25,479 nucleotides of DNA from positions 1-25,479 of the IMG/VR virus record IMGVR_UViG_3300037847_002914. The stretch is one strand, 5' to 3'. The translations under genes were made by a program, and so were the position numbers. The notes under the pieces were generated by a model. The model worked only from the letters and a program-made list of their open reading frames with translations. It made no database searches and was not told the origin of the DNA. This DNA comes from a virus. Lineage: Duplodnaviria; Caudoviricetes. This document shows positions 8,240 through 18,543 of this stretch, piece after piece (position 1 is the stretch's first letter; each line of letters starts with the position of its first letter).

Positions 8240-9038
8240 ACTTCTCCAAATACTTTTGATTAGAATAATACTCCATTAGAGTCTTTTTGTCCATCTTTGC
8301 AATCTTATCCCACTCATTCATATTGTCTTGCATGTGTGGGTTAGAGAACCAAGAGTTCTCACCTCTAGCGTGTTCCAGATGATAGACGACATCATTCACT
8401 CTACCAACTTTATATCCAAGTGTGGTGAAGCGGAAATATCTTTCCTTATCTTCTGGAGCATAGGCACGAAAGTTTTCATTCTCCATGCCACCTTGGATGT
8501 AAACACTACGACGGAAGAACTGTGCCCATCCAAAGTCAGAAGTGTGCTCATTGGATGCTCTATCTAGAAAACCATAATCATTACTGTCAAGGAAAGCAGA
8601 CACCACTCCATCTTCAGCGTTCACTCTTCTCTGGTACATCCCATCGCCATATGGATATACAACATCAAAGACTCCTTCCATAATCCCTGTGTAAGCAGAC
8701 ACGTAAGATTCAAGAGGAAGAATGACATCGCAGTCATAGTTAACAACAATCTCTGTGTCTGCCTCCATAATCATTTCGTTGAGAACCTTCTGACGATGGA
8801 ACAAAGGTTCATCACTCTCTTCAAAGATATGATTTACGTTGACTTCTCCAAAAAAGTCTTGGAGTTGTGGCAGTGCTCTTTCTTTGAATACAGATGTCTT
8901 ATCAACTTCTTTGATAATGATATTGGTATTGAAGTTGTTAAGGAGAAATGCCACTGAGGTAATGACATTTCTAAGTCTATCCTCAGACTCAATACGAATC
9001 GGGATGATAAAAGTCGCTTGTGTTAAATCAATCTTCAT
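8226..9038 (-). CDS. GT-A fold glycosyltransferase (GT2/GT7C-like)
   Basis: FIIPIR, YDCD DxD motif, GGMENENFRAYAPED, YHLEH. Start taken as ATG 9038 (MKIDL). Confidence 0.85.
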   Translation of the reverse strand: MKIDLTQATFIIPIRIESEDRLRNVITSVAFLLNNFNTNIIIKEVDKTSVFKERALPQLQDFFGEVNVNHIFEESDEPLFHRQKVLNEMIMEADTEIVVNYDCDVILPLESYVSAYTGIMEGVFDVVYPYGDGMYQRRVNAEDGVVSAFLDSNDYGFLDRASNEHTSDFGWAQFFRRSVYIQGGMENENFRAYAPEDKERYFRFTTLGYKVGRVNDVVYHLEHARGENSWFSNPHMQDNMNEWDKIAKMDKKTLMEYYSNQKYLEKYVSL

Positions 9039-9786
9039 CGGGATACTTTCTTGTTGCAAAAAATTCAGGATGCTTACGATAGATATGCTCTACTTCTGCC
9101 TTATTTACCAACCAAGTTCTAGAGGAGTCTGAAATAGTAGCGTCATAATTAACACCACCAGCACTAACCCTATTATCATGTTCTCTATTAGCAATGAGAA
9201 CATCCTCCATCAGTGCAGGCATACCATGTTTAATTCTCATGCGGTGATAAAGTTCAGTGTCAATAAGAAGTTTCAATTCCTCATCCATACCATCATAAGT
9301 TCCATTCAGAAAGGCAGTGCAAGATGGACTTCCAAGTAGATTATCACCCTCTACCATCCTTGGTGTCCATTTAGGAGCACAATCTCTATGAGTTTCTACA
9401 CCATCAGTAGTATGAGTGAACCCATGAACTAACCATTTGACACCACTTTGAAATGCATCGTGGATTTTCTGAAGAGCATTATCATCCACAAACATATCAT
9501 CCTGATAGATGAGTTTGATAATTTCACCCTCTGCATTTTCAATGGCACAGTTTGTATTAGGTGCCTGATATCCACGTCCGTTGATATTTTTAACGTAAGT
9601 GATTTCAAAATCATAGTGGCAATGACGACACCACTCCATGATTGCATCATCCTTACTATGATCTGAGATGACAATATCAAAGTCAGTGAAAGTCTGACGT
9701 TCAAGAGAGTCAAACAACTCTGCTAGAAACTCAATTCCCTTACCTTTGTATTCATAGGTGGGAATACAAATACTAATTCTTGACAT
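9028..9786 (-). CDS. Glycosyltransferase family 2
   Basis: ISICIPTYE, IVISDHSKD, QDD motif, GSPS. Start taken as ATG 9786 (MSRIS). Confidence 0.88.
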   Translation of the reverse strand: MSRISICIPTYEYKGKGIEFLAELFDSLERQTFTDFDIVISDHSKDDAIMEWCRHCHYDFEITYVKNINGRGYQAPNTNCAIENAEGEIIKLIYQDDMFVDDNALQKIHDAFQSGVKWLVHGFTHTTDGVETHRDCAPKWTPRMVEGDNLLGSPSCTAFLNGTYDGMDEELKLLIDTELYHRMRIKHGMPALMEDVLIANREHDNRVSAGGVNYDATISDSSRTWLVNKAEVEHIYRKHPEFFATRKYPDED

Positions 9787-10588
9787 CAAGATACTCCCAA
9801 CGATCGACATAGATATCAGTCGGATCTTCACCATCAGGTCCGAACCAAAGTTTAGGTGCAATCACATTGTCGTGTCCTGCGAGCCATGCTCCCCACCATG
9901 AGAAGGTGGAGTTTGCGATGATGTTGTATTGACACATTGACATGAGGCACATGTCCACAATGTTATCATTCTCAGAGATAAAGAAACGATCAGATTCAAA
10001 GAATGGGTGTCCGAATGCCCACGGTGCATCATCCGTGAATACAAACACAGGGATATCCTCTGGCAGTCGCCCAAGTGCTTCCTCATAATAGGAGATTGGT
10101 AGGACTGGGTGGTAAGTTGGTTTGATGAGATGATCAGTTCGTCGTACATGGAGAGAGATTGCTTCGGTGTATCCATCTTCAGTTACGATTTCGTTGTAGA
10201 TGCCATTGCATAGGTTCTTTACATCGTCACGGAACTCAAAGTCCTGACGAATCTCATCTTCAATATGAGCGAACCAATTCTCTGATTGAAAATATCCGTA
10301 AAGACTTACGTTATCACTACAGTTCTCAAACAAATCTCCATCAAAACGGAACGATGATTCCTGACAATAGGGAGCTTTCAGCATTCCAAGTTTTCTCAGT
10401 CCAGACATCTTAAATGCCATGAACAATTTGTGTTGATTCTCTTCGTCCTCAAACTCATCATCAGTCTTAGGACCGTCAGGAATCATGAACTCATATCCAT
10501 GTGACTCTGCAATGCCACGGGTGGCAGCATACTGGAACATTTGATTTCCAAATCTTCCGTTTTTACCAAGGTGATTGTGTGCTAGCAT
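9773..10588 (-). CDS. Alpha-1,2-fucosyltransferase-like glycosyltransferase (GT11)
   Basis: GRFGNQMFQYA, GYFQSE, HVRRTD, FTDD, IIANSTFSWWGAWL. Confidence 0.92.
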   Translation of the reverse strand: MLAHNHLGKNGRFGNQMFQYAATRGIAESHGYEFMIPDGPKTDDEFEDEENQHKLFMAFKMSGLRKLGMLKAPYCQESSFRFDGDLFENCSDNVSLYGYFQSENWFAHIEDEIRQDFEFRDDVKNLCNGIYNEIVTEDGYTEAISLHVRRTDHLIKPTYHPVLPISYYEEALGRLPEDIPVFVFTDDAPWAFGHPFFESDRFFISENDNIVDMCLMSMCQYNIIANSTFSWWGAWLAGHDNVIAPKLWFGPDGEDPTDIYVDRWEYLDVKN

Positions 10589-10589
10589 G

Positions 10590-11309
10590 TTATCCGAATC
10601 GTGATTTAGTTTCTATCATTTCATAGTCTTTAGTATACCATGTTTCTATGAAATTTCTACATTCTTTTGTAATGTCTTTATCTGCATCTCCTGCTGGAGA
10701 TTGATTTCTCTTCGTAAAATGGGGACGGAATCCAAACCTTTCTTCAAAAAAATCTGCGAGAGGAGTGAACTCTGGATACATGAACAGGTGAGTGTCCTCT
10801 CGAATAAAATCACACTGCGGACGAAAGTGATTATCCCAGACAACTGGATTAGCAATATAAGAACGTTTCATGTTCTCCAACCACTCTAAGAAATCATCAG
10901 TGCGTTGATCGTGTCCAGAGTGCTGTCCTAAGTCCCAATCTTGCCAACTGAATGCATTCTCAAGTCTAGTAAATGCTTTATGCCTAAATCTAAACTCACT
11001 ATACATTCTATCCACAGGATCTCTCACCATTGCAAAAGAAAAGTCTATCTTATCAAATAAGACAAACAACTCTGCAAGTTCCATGTGCCAATGTTGCAAA
11101 GATATTTCCCAATTATCATCAGGCATCCATCCTTCTTGAGATACAACATTACTCCAATCTTCTCTTTTACCTGCCGTCTTTATGTCATGTTCATTACTGA
11201 TGAACACATTACCTGGTGAGTGTGCTACAGCATGTATTACACTACTTCCCGCGCATTTTGGTATGTGAGAATACCATCCATAAGTTCCGTTATATCTAAT
11301 GAGTGGCAT
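10590..11309 (-). CDS. Carbohydrate sulfotransferase (Sulfotransfer_2-like)
   Basis: 5'-PSB-like HIPKCAGSSV, 3'-PB-like VRDPVDRMYSEF, HFRPQ, and C-terminal YTKDYE. Confidence 0.85.
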   Translation of the reverse strand: MPLIRYNGTYGWYSHIPKCAGSSVIHAVAHSPGNVFISNEHDIKTAGKREDWSNVVSQEGWMPDDNWEISLQHWHMELAELFVLFDKIDFSFAMVRDPVDRMYSEFRFRHKAFTRLENAFSWQDWDLGQHSGHDQRTDDFLEWLENMKRSYIANPVVWDNHFRPQCDFIREDTHLFMYPEFTPLADFFEERFGFRPHFTKRNQSPAGDADKDITKECRNFIETWYTKDYEMIETKSRFG

Positions 11310-12013
11310 TATTGATTCAGAGTAACTCCTGGTGGCAATCTGTAATGGAAACCAAAAGGCATGATACCTTCTGCTTCAGGCACCCTTGTCTCTTGAGAGA
11401 ACCTAACGGCAACATCTACAGGTGCATACTGCATACCCTGATTTTGATAGATGTGTCGGTTGTGAACACAGACGTTTCCATCTTCATGATAGTTCACCAC
11501 ACCCTTTGGCATCCAGTAGAAGTCACTGTTGTTTGTTTCCCAAGGGACTTCAACCTTAGTAGGGACTTCCAGGAATGCTTTACTCCTCAAGGAGAATCCG
11601 CCGTTGCCAACACGCCAGTGTCTACCGAAAGGATCGATGTATGCATCCTCCACATATGCCCAGGGAGCACCGATGTAGTCATACTTCAACCACGTATCAT
11701 CCCACTTGTCAGGGAACAACACGAAACCATCAGGTTGAACCAACAGGCAGTGTGAAGTCTCTACGTGCTCATGCAGGTGATAGATGACATAATGGTTGTA
11801 ATCATTATAGTCTTTGATAGGAACTACAGATACTTCAGCAGTGATACCCTCATCAGCAAAATGTGGGTTCTTATCGATGTTCTCTTGTGTGGTGATTAGT
11901 TTCACGGCACCATACTTAATTCCAGACATGCTGGTATAGACACCGTTGAGAGTGCCCTCTAGATTATCTGTAGTGTCTACAGAAATAAGTGTTACATCTG
12001 GCAGATTAATCAT
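11309..12013 (-). CDS. DUF5672-like putative glycosyltransferase
   Basis: LLVQPDGFV, YDYIGAPW, VGNGGFSLRSK, ED, FSQE and PFGFH motifs. Confidence 0.75.
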   Translation of the reverse strand: MINLPDVTLISVDTTDNLEGTLNGVYTSMSGIKYGAVKLITTQENIDKNPHFADEGITAEVSVVPIKDYNDYNHYVIYHLHEHVETSHCLLVQPDGFVLFPDKWDDTWLKYDYIGAPWAYVEDAYIDPFGRHWRVGNGGFSLRSKAFLEVPTKVEVPWETNNSDFYWMPKGVVNYHEDGNVCVHNRHIYQNQGMQYAPVDVAVRFSQETRVPEAEGIMPFGFHYRLPPGVTLNQ

Positions 12014-12900
12014 AAGTCACCTTTGTAAATATCAGAAGTCTTTTTATACTCTTCCCATTCTACCTTACATTCGTCAGGTGTAAACAGTTTGCCATCTCTA
12101 TCCATATAATATGTTGGATAACTGTAAATACTACACCCAAGACTCCACCATCCTTGTGATAGGTTGTGGTGGAACCAATACTTAGGTGCAATACACATCT
12201 CTAGATTTTTGGCTGTCCAGAGAGGGAAACAGGAAAATGTGGAGGTAGTACATATAACGTTCCTGGCATTCTTGACAGCGACATAATCCCATGCCACGTC
12301 AATATGATATGCAGGGATGTCAGGGAGCATCCAATTAGCAGTTTGTACATCATCGGTAACAATGCAATACTCCATATTAGGGTTATATTCTGACATATGC
12401 TCCATGGCATTATGCCAATATGATGCAGGAACAAACGCTCCAGCATTTCCAACCATATCTCCACCACGGAAATTGAGAACACAGATGTTCTTTCCGTTTG
12501 TTTCATCATGTTCGTGCATAACACGAACTTTCAACCACTCTTTGACTAACTCAAGTTCATCTCCAAAGTAATCTTCCGACTGAAGATTACCATAGATTAT
12601 ATGATTATCAGGAATAGATAAAAGTTTCTTATCAGTAAGTCTAATATCAGTTCTTAGATAATCATCTGTATGTAATCCATGCCGATACTCATCATATCGT
12701 GTCAAATCATCAGGGACTTCCTTTCCATAATCAAGGCTCATGAAGTAGAACCCTTTCTTATTTACTCTAGAGTCCCCAGCACATCGAAGTCCTTTAATAC
12801 CAAAATCATATCCAAGTTTTTTTGCAAGCATTCTAGTGGTGACATAGGCAAATAATTGATTACCCATGCCTTGCCCATGAAGAAATTCAGTCGCTAACAT
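12010..12900 (-). CDS. Divergent GT11-like glycosyltransferase
   Basis: GQGMGNQLFAY, GNLQSEDYF, NFRGGD (variant of HxRRxD), VTDD, STFS, IAPKYW. Confidence 0.78.
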   Translation of the reverse strand: MLATEFLHGQGMGNQLFAYVTTRMLAKKLGYDFGIKGLRCAGDSRVNKKGFYFMSLDYGKEVPDDLTRYDEYRHGLHTDDYLRTDIRLTDKKLLSIPDNHIIYGNLQSEDYFGDELELVKEWLKVRVMHEHDETNGKNICVLNFRGGDMVGNAGAFVPASYWHNAMEHMSEYNPNMEYCIVTDDVQTANWMLPDIPAYHIDVAWDYVAVKNARNVICTTSTFSCFPLWTAKNLEMCIAPKYWFHHNLSQGWWSLGCSIYSYPTYYMDRDGKLFTPDECKVEWEEYKKTSDIYKGDL

Positions 12901-13648
12901 GTTCTTTCATCTTGTCAGATAGAATCCAGTTCCCAAGCCAAATAGTATACAATGCCCTCTCAATCATCTGCCCTTCGCCAGTGACTCTTGCATGTCTAGT
13001 AAATGTTCTGAGGTTTTCATAGAAAACCTTGGGATACTTCAGTATGTATTCCTTCGGAACAACGAAGTTTGCACCAGGTGGGAATTTGACATACTGAGGA
13101 TGAATAATATCATCGAAGCAGAAGTCTAGGAAGTCATTATAACTGGTGAAGTATTTCACAGGATGCTTTGGAGTATCCTCATTATACTTAATATCTCCAG
13201 CAAGATACCAACTATTATTATATTCCATCCATCCACCGTCACATGAAAGCATTGCATAACCATTCTGCAACGCTGCCTGATGAGGATCGTGTGATTGCCA
13301 TTCCTCAATGCAGGTAAAAGTTTTATTGTTAATTACTCTGTCGAAATACTCTTTACTGACGTGTCTACCAATGGTATTTCCTTTCAAGAAACATACCACA
13401 TCAGGAAGATTATCATAGTAATCAATAATAAACTTCATATAATCGGAGATGTTGTATCCGTTAGGATCTCCATTGACAATATTATAATCTGGATACTTCT
13501 CCTTCAAACCTGAAGGTGGAAGGAACCCACTATTATCATTATCAACAACGCCTCCTGCCCACGTTTTATCATAAATGATGTGTGGGTTTGGATATTCTGA
13601 TACCCATTCCAAGTCGTTATTATAATTTGAAATTACAAAGAAGTTCAT
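12887..13648 (-). CDS. DUF3431-like protein
   Basis: VISNYNNDLEW, YMKFIIDYYDNLPD..CFL, GANFVVPKEYI, IERALY. Confidence 0.7.
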   Translation of the reverse strand: MNFFVISNYNNDLEWVSEYPNPHIIYDKTWAGGVVDNDNSGFLPPSGLKEKYPDYNIVNGDPNGYNISDYMKFIIDYYDNLPDVVCFLKGNTIGRHVSKEYFDRVINNKTFTCIEEWQSHDPHQAALQNGYAMLSCDGGWMEYNNSWYLAGDIKYNEDTPKHPVKYFTSYNDFLDFCFDDIIHPQYVKFPPGANFVVPKEYILKYPKVFYENLRTFTRHARVTGEGQMIERALYTIWLGNWILSDKMKEHVSD

Positions 13649-14577
13649 ACCACCTCCTCAATCATTTTATTGTACCATGAACCAAGATTAAGTCCACTCA
13701 AGTCTGTCATATGTGCTTCTACCATAAGATTTGAGTTATTCTTCAACAATTCTTCAGTCACCTCAGAGAAATCATCAACCCAAAGAACAGGATAATCTTT
13801 AAACAGAGTCTGTAGATACTCATCTCTCATCATGATAGGGACTCGGCGCATGTAAACAACCTCCCAGTTCCTATGGCAGTCGATAGCATTACCTCTAGGG
13901 CAAAGCATGAACTGATGGTTACTGAGGTTACGGAGAAACTTGCCATATTCAACTCTCTCAACATCGACTGTTGCCCACGATTTGTCCGCGAACATTGCTT
14001 TCGTTCCCTTTCTACTCTCATGAGAGGATTCATTATGACTTACATACAATAAATTCTCTGTATGTCCAATCTGACTATCATTAATCGCCTTCACAAGTTT
14101 TTCAATCCTATCATCATTGCGATGCATCTTCCTTTGAACACCATAAGGAGCAGGAACTACCTTACCACCATTAGCAACAGCATTGACAGCACAGATACGC
14201 AAAACATTATCAGGAATACAATCGAAGATAGCATCATCAATCGGAGTATCCTCAAGATTAGTGAAGATAATAAACCTCATGTCAGGGAAGTTTGAACACA
14301 AGTCAAGAAGATTGCTTGTGTTCATCATGGCATTCACGATGGGTTTATCACTCTCCTTTACTTCAGCAATATCTCTCTTATATAAGCGAATATTATCAAT
14401 AAAGAGAGTCATATAATCTCTCTTTTTCTGAATTGAAAATACCTTGGACGCAAACTCTACATTTAAAAGATTTGCATCCTTCATGAAGTGAGTATAGATT
14501 CTACTCCACTGTCCTGCTTGATCTCCAAAAGAATAATCGCAGAGTTTAGATAGTGCTACACCTTCAATCAGTTCCAT
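13645..14577 (-). CDS. Exostosin/GT47-like glycosyltransferase
   Basis: FMLCPRGNAIDCHRNWE..YMRRVPI matches the exostosin C-terminal motif. Confidence 0.78.
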   Translation of the reverse strand: MELIEGVALSKLCDYSFGDQAGQWSRIYTHFMKDANLLNVEFASKVFSIQKKRDYMTLFIDNIRLYKRDIAEVKESDKPIVNAMMNTSNLLDLCSNFPDMRFIIFTNLEDTPIDDAIFDCIPDNVLRICAVNAVANGGKVVPAPYGVQRKMHRNDDRIEKLVKAINDSQIGHTENLLYVSHNESSHESRKGTKAMFADKSWATVDVERVEYGKFLRNLSNHQFMLCPRGNAIDCHRNWEVVYMRRVPIMMRDEYLQTLFKDYPVLWVDDFSEVTEELLKNNSNLMVEAHMTDLSGLNLGSWYNKMIEEVV

Positions 14578-15425
14578 GGTTTAATAAACTCCGCATACTT
14601 TTCTTGATTGTTCTGAATATATTCAGGATAACTTTCATCAATAGGAACTGCCCTGTAAACCATTCCACGGTTCAGAGGATCGAGTCCTTTCTCAACCTTC
14701 TCCTCTGCATTAGAAATGTTAGCATCAGTATTATTTTCAGTGTGTTCGTATGATGCCAGTTTCAGTTTAAAGTTCTCAGCGTTACCTAGGAAACTAAAGT
14801 GCCAACATGCATCCTCAATCTTATGTGCTCTTGCATGATCTTGACGATGCTGATCGATAGTAGTTCCTTTAAGATGCTTCCAGGTGCAAAGACGTGTTCC
14901 CATCCAGTCATCCTGATATAGGAAGTTCAATTTGTAGTAGTAAGCATTGCCAACAGCAACGTAATGATTGTTAGGATTGAACCAAGAGGTATCCTCTAAA
15001 ACATATGGATTGATAATTTCATCAGCATCACTAGTCATCACGATGTCACCATCTTCCGCACCTGCCTTTTCAATGCCGAAGCAACTAGCATTGCGATTAT
15101 AGACAGCACGTTGGAAACGGATAGGTAAATCAATGAAACGTTGTCCATATGGATCGCGTTCTGCATATCCAATATGAAACTTACTCTTCTCCATCATGTG
15201 AGAGAAGTCATTTGGAATCTCCTCTGTGATGTTATGGACAATCTTATCGTGCCACTTAGCAAACTTGTCTTTATTCTCCTCATAGTATAATGGTTTTTCA
15301 TTACCACTAACAGTGTAAGGAGATTCAGTAAGAACAAACTTATCTACCACATCACCCAAGATGTTGAGACGCATCTCAAGCAACTCAAGTTCATTGAAGA
15401 AAATAAACGAATCAAAAATTTTCAT
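14568..15425 (-). CDS. Glycosyltransferase family 17 (beta-1,4-GlcNAc transferase-like)
   Basis: IFDSFIFFNELELLEMRL, VDKFVLTES..TVSG..K, SDADEI, WHFSFLG, KLASYEH. Confidence 0.9.
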   Translation of the reverse strand: MKIFDSFIFFNELELLEMRLNILGDVVDKFVLTESPYTVSGNEKPLYYEENKDKFAKWHDKIVHNITEEIPNDFSHMMEKSKFHIGYAERDPYGQRFIDLPIRFQRAVYNRNASCFGIEKAGAEDGDIVMTSDADEIINPYVLEDTSWFNPNNHYVAVGNAYYYKLNFLYQDDWMGTRLCTWKHLKGTTIDQHRQDHARAHKIEDACWHFSFLGNAENFKLKLASYEHTENNTDANISNAEEKVEKGLDPLNRGMVYRAVPIDESYPEYIQNNQEKYAEFIKPWN

Positions 15426-15430
15426 GTTAC

Positions 15431-16045
15431 TTATTTAATGTAAAGTGCGTCTCCCCAGTCTTCGCAGGATTTCCAAACTTCTTTAATTTTTTTAAAACCA
15501 TGCTCCTCTAAGAACTCATCCATTTGTTCTATTTTAGCACAATCTTTGTAAATTTCGGCTCTATTGATTTCGGTGTAAACCATCTCAATATTTTTAAGAA
15601 CTTTGGTTCCTCCTTTAAGAACCTCCAATTCATATCCCTGAGTGTCCATATTTAGGAAGTTATATGGGTGTTCCTCAGGAACTTCATCATCTAATCTTGA
15701 CACCTCAACAGTGAACTCTTCAGTAAACTCAAGTCCAGGCATCTCTTTTGCTACAACAGGTTCTAACAACGAACCCGCCAGTCCAGTGGGATCTGCAAAC
15801 ATCTCATGCTCACCTACAAAGTTTCCCAGTGCTTTATTGACAATTTTGCAGGTATCTTCTATACCAAAACCCTTAACGTTCTGTTCAAGTATTTTGAAGC
15901 ACTCAGGATTAGGTTCAAACATAATCACATGAGGGAGTCTTACATACTTGTTAAGTTCTTCACCATGGTGAGCACCAACATGAATAACTCCTTTTATCTC
16001 CTTACCATTCTCTCTGAGAATATTATCAAGTAACTTTATGAGCAT
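15431..16045 (-). CDS. FkbM-family methyltransferase
   Basis: IHVGAHHGE, FEPNP, LNMDTQGYELEVLKG, WGDALY. Confidence 0.9.
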   Translation of the reverse strand: MLIKLLDNILRENGKEIKGVIHVGAHHGEELNKYVRLPHVIMFEPNPECFKILEQNVKGFGIEDTCKIVNKALGNFVGEHEMFADPTGLAGSLLEPVVAKEMPGLEFTEEFTVEVSRLDDEVPEEHPYNFLNMDTQGYELEVLKGGTKVLKNIEMVYTEINRAEIYKDCAKIEQMDEFLEEHGFKKIKEVWKSCEDWGDALYIK

Positions 16046-16752
16046 AGAATAATGTTCTCATAATCCGCATTATCTATAACGAATTTACCCCACACCTCAC
16101 GGGAAATCGCTTCAGGATCTACCCACCAATCCTCATAGGGATTGCCTTCATTATGAACGTTCTGACATACTCTTACATACCCATGATCTTGCAGGGTGTA
16201 CATGCTTTGAGTTTGAACATCATAACCTCCAGCATACTTGTCAGTCTCAAAGGTAATCACAGAGAACCTATAGTCATCTAATGGCAGTTTATTAAGTGCT
16301 GCCAGTGTAACGTGGGGAGGATCGCAATCCAGTTGCAAATAATCAATCTGCTTTGGATAATCATTCTCTTCAAAAAATGTTTTGTAGTCAAATGTGGTTG
16401 CATCAGCACAAACACATTTGTTCTTCCGAATGGTATTGAAGTATTCAACTTTGTAATCTTCAATCTCAAACGAGACACCTTTCCAATCAAACTTATCCTC
16501 TAGTAACCAGGTGTTGTTGATTGTTCTAGGACGATCTCCACCAATCTCAACGTAATATCCTTCTGTCTTTCCTTCCAGCATGGAAAGAACAAACATATCT
16601 TGCATTGATTGGGAGTAATTCTCTACAATACCTGCAGCGCCAGGGAACGGCAGTCTCAGTCTATCGTACTTTTCTGTTGTATAACGTTTGCATCCTCCAG
16701 GAAACAAACCTTCAAAGTCATAATCCTTAGGGATTTCACTTCCAGTAGTCAT
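16036..16752 (-). CDS. FkbM-like (Methyltransf_21) methyltransferase
   Basis: YSQSMQD, GYYVEIGG, NNTWLLE..FDWKG, IDYLQLDCD, FSVITFE, EDWWV. Confidence 0.82.
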   Translation of the reverse strand: MTTGSEIPKDYDFEGLFPGGCKRYTTEKYDRLRLPFPGAAGIVENYSQSMQDMFVLSMLEGKTEGYYVEIGGDRPRTINNTWLLEDKFDWKGVSFEIEDYKVEYFNTIRKNKCVCADATTFDYKTFFEENDYPKQIDYLQLDCDPPHVTLAALNKLPLDDYRFSVITFETDKYAGGYDVQTQSMYTLQDHGYVRVCQNVHNEGNPYEDWWVDPEAISREVWGKFVIDNADYENIILCS

Positions 16753-17725
16753 AGATATCCCTCGTTACTTCATATTCCATACGCTTGACTTTTCTATTCG
16801 GTTGTTTCATTGCCCAAACAAACATCTCTTCAACAAGTTCCTGAAGGTTGGTATTATCACGGAACTCAAGCATTGTCTTTGCCTTTGTGTGATCGCAGTA
16901 AGCATGTTTTACTTCATGGCGAGGTTCACCATGTTCAATGGGAACTTCATAACCATACTTTTTGCCAATTGCCTGCACAGTTTCAGCAACTTCATTCAAA
17001 GTGAAATACTTATCAGCACCGATGTTAAATGTTTCTCCATCAAAACCTGTCAGGAGTTTATCAAACGGTTCCATATAGTATTTGATATCAGAGAATGCAC
17101 GAGTCTGTTCTCCATCACCATACACAAGAATGGGTTCTCCACTCAAAGTCTTACGAATGAAGATACCAATAACATTACGATACTTATCCCAAATATTCTG
17201 ATAGATACCCAGAACATTGTGAGGACGAACAATATTATATCGAAGTCCGAACTGCTCATGAGCAAGTTTCAAATCACACTCTACAGCATACTTAGCAATA
17301 CCGTAAGGATCTACTGGTTGTGGACGCTTGTCCTCAGTGAATGGTGGAGTTTGTTCACCATATACTGCCATGCTAGAAGTAAAAATCATCTTAGTATCAT
17401 GACTGATACATTCGTTGATTAGATTAGCGGAAACGATAAGATTATTACGATAATTGTAATTACGAATAAAAGGAGAAAGTCCCTCAGCCGCATACGCAGC
17501 GAAATGAACGAGAACATCAGGGTTATGCTCCTGAAAAAGTTCAACAACTTTCTTCCTCCTTTCTAAATCAAACTTAGCAAAGGTAAACTTCTCACCACTA
17601 GGCACAAACGCTTTATATCCACCAGACAAGTCGTCAATACCAACAACTTCATGCCCACTTGCAAGAAGGTGACGAGTATAATTTGCACCAAGTAATCCAG
17701 CGCATCCTGTTACAAAGATTTTCAT
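16736..17725 (-). CDS. NAD-dependent nucleotide-sugar epimerase/dehydratase (GalE/WcaG-like SDR)
   Basis: GCAGLLG, HFAA, TSSMAVYG, YGIAK (YxxxK), RPHNVLG, GDGEQTRAF. Confidence 0.92.
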   Translation of the reverse strand: MKIFVTGCAGLLGANYTRHLLASGHEVVGIDDLSGGYKAFVPSGEKFTFAKFDLERRKKVVELFQEHNPDVLVHFAAYAAEGLSPFIRNYNYRNNLIVSANLINECISHDTKMIFTSSMAVYGEQTPPFTEDKRPQPVDPYGIAKYAVECDLKLAHEQFGLRYNIVRPHNVLGIYQNIWDKYRNVIGIFIRKTLSGEPILVYGDGEQTRAFSDIKYYMEPFDKLLTGFDGETFNIGADKYFTLNEVAETVQAIGKKYGYEVPIEHGEPRHEVKHAYCDHTKAKTMLEFRDNTNLQELVEEMFVWAMKQPNRKVKRMEYEVTRDIYDYWK

Positions 17726-18543
17726 CTATAGTCTAAAATAAATTGCCGTTGCTCTTCTGTGTTTTGCCAACTACATGGAATTACTGGAATATAATTCTCC
17801 AATTCCATGACATGAACATCGGCATCTGTATTCATCATCATAGTATAATTTAGATGCTCAGTCAACAGTAAGTCTGTGGTGTACAGATTTTTAATACGCT
17901 TGGAGCATAGTGCTGCTGCCATGGCGAATGTTCCAACACCAGACAATGCCACATTCTCTGCGTTCATTAGAGTTGCAAAGTCCTCTGAAACTGAAGATGA
18001 CTGTATCTGAACCTTATCAATTTTGCGAAGTTCATGTACAATAGGATTCTCATCATCAGATTCAGTGATGAGAATACACTTATCAAAACTCTCAATCAAA
18101 TTGAGATAGTAGATAAGTGGATTAGGAACGTAATTAGTAGGAGGATTGAATACTCTATGGTAATTATCTCCACTCCTTAGGTGCATGACAATAGTATCAC
18201 TGCCAATAGCATCTTTCTTCGGAAGGATTAACTGATGTCGAACGTAGTCTTTACAGATACGTCGCATGTTTTTGTAAACATACTCTTTATCAACACCAAT
18301 TTCATTACCACCTTCAAAGATTCCTTTCTCACAATGAACCAGAGGTTCCCAACAATAAAACCTCCCAGAATGATTTCCTGGTTGAGGTTTATTGCCAAAG
18401 TCTAATTCAAATTGTTTAATATATGGATGAACAAGTTTTTGAATACAATCATCATCCGTCAGTTCTGCTCTCATAATGCAGTTGGCAACCTGTTGAATAT
18501 TGTTTCCTAGTCGCCCACTCCAATGTGAAATAGAACACGTCAT
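17722..18543 (-). CDS. Divergent GT11-like glycosyltransferase
   Basis: GRLGNNIQQ, MHLRSGD, PLIYY, EDFATL..A, GTF. Confidence 0.65.
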   Translation of the reverse strand: MTCSISHWSGRLGNNIQQVANCIMRAELTDDDCIQKLVHPYIKQFELDFGNKPQPGNHSGRFYCWEPLVHCEKGIFEGGNEIGVDKEYVYKNMRRICKDYVRHQLILPKKDAIGSDTIVMHLRSGDNYHRVFNPPTNYVPNPLIYYLNLIESFDKCILITESDDENPIVHELRKIDKVQIQSSSVSEDFATLMNAENVALSGVGTFAMAAALCSKRIKNLYTTDLLLTEHLNYTMMMNTDADVHVMELENYIPVIPCSWQNTEEQRQFILDYR

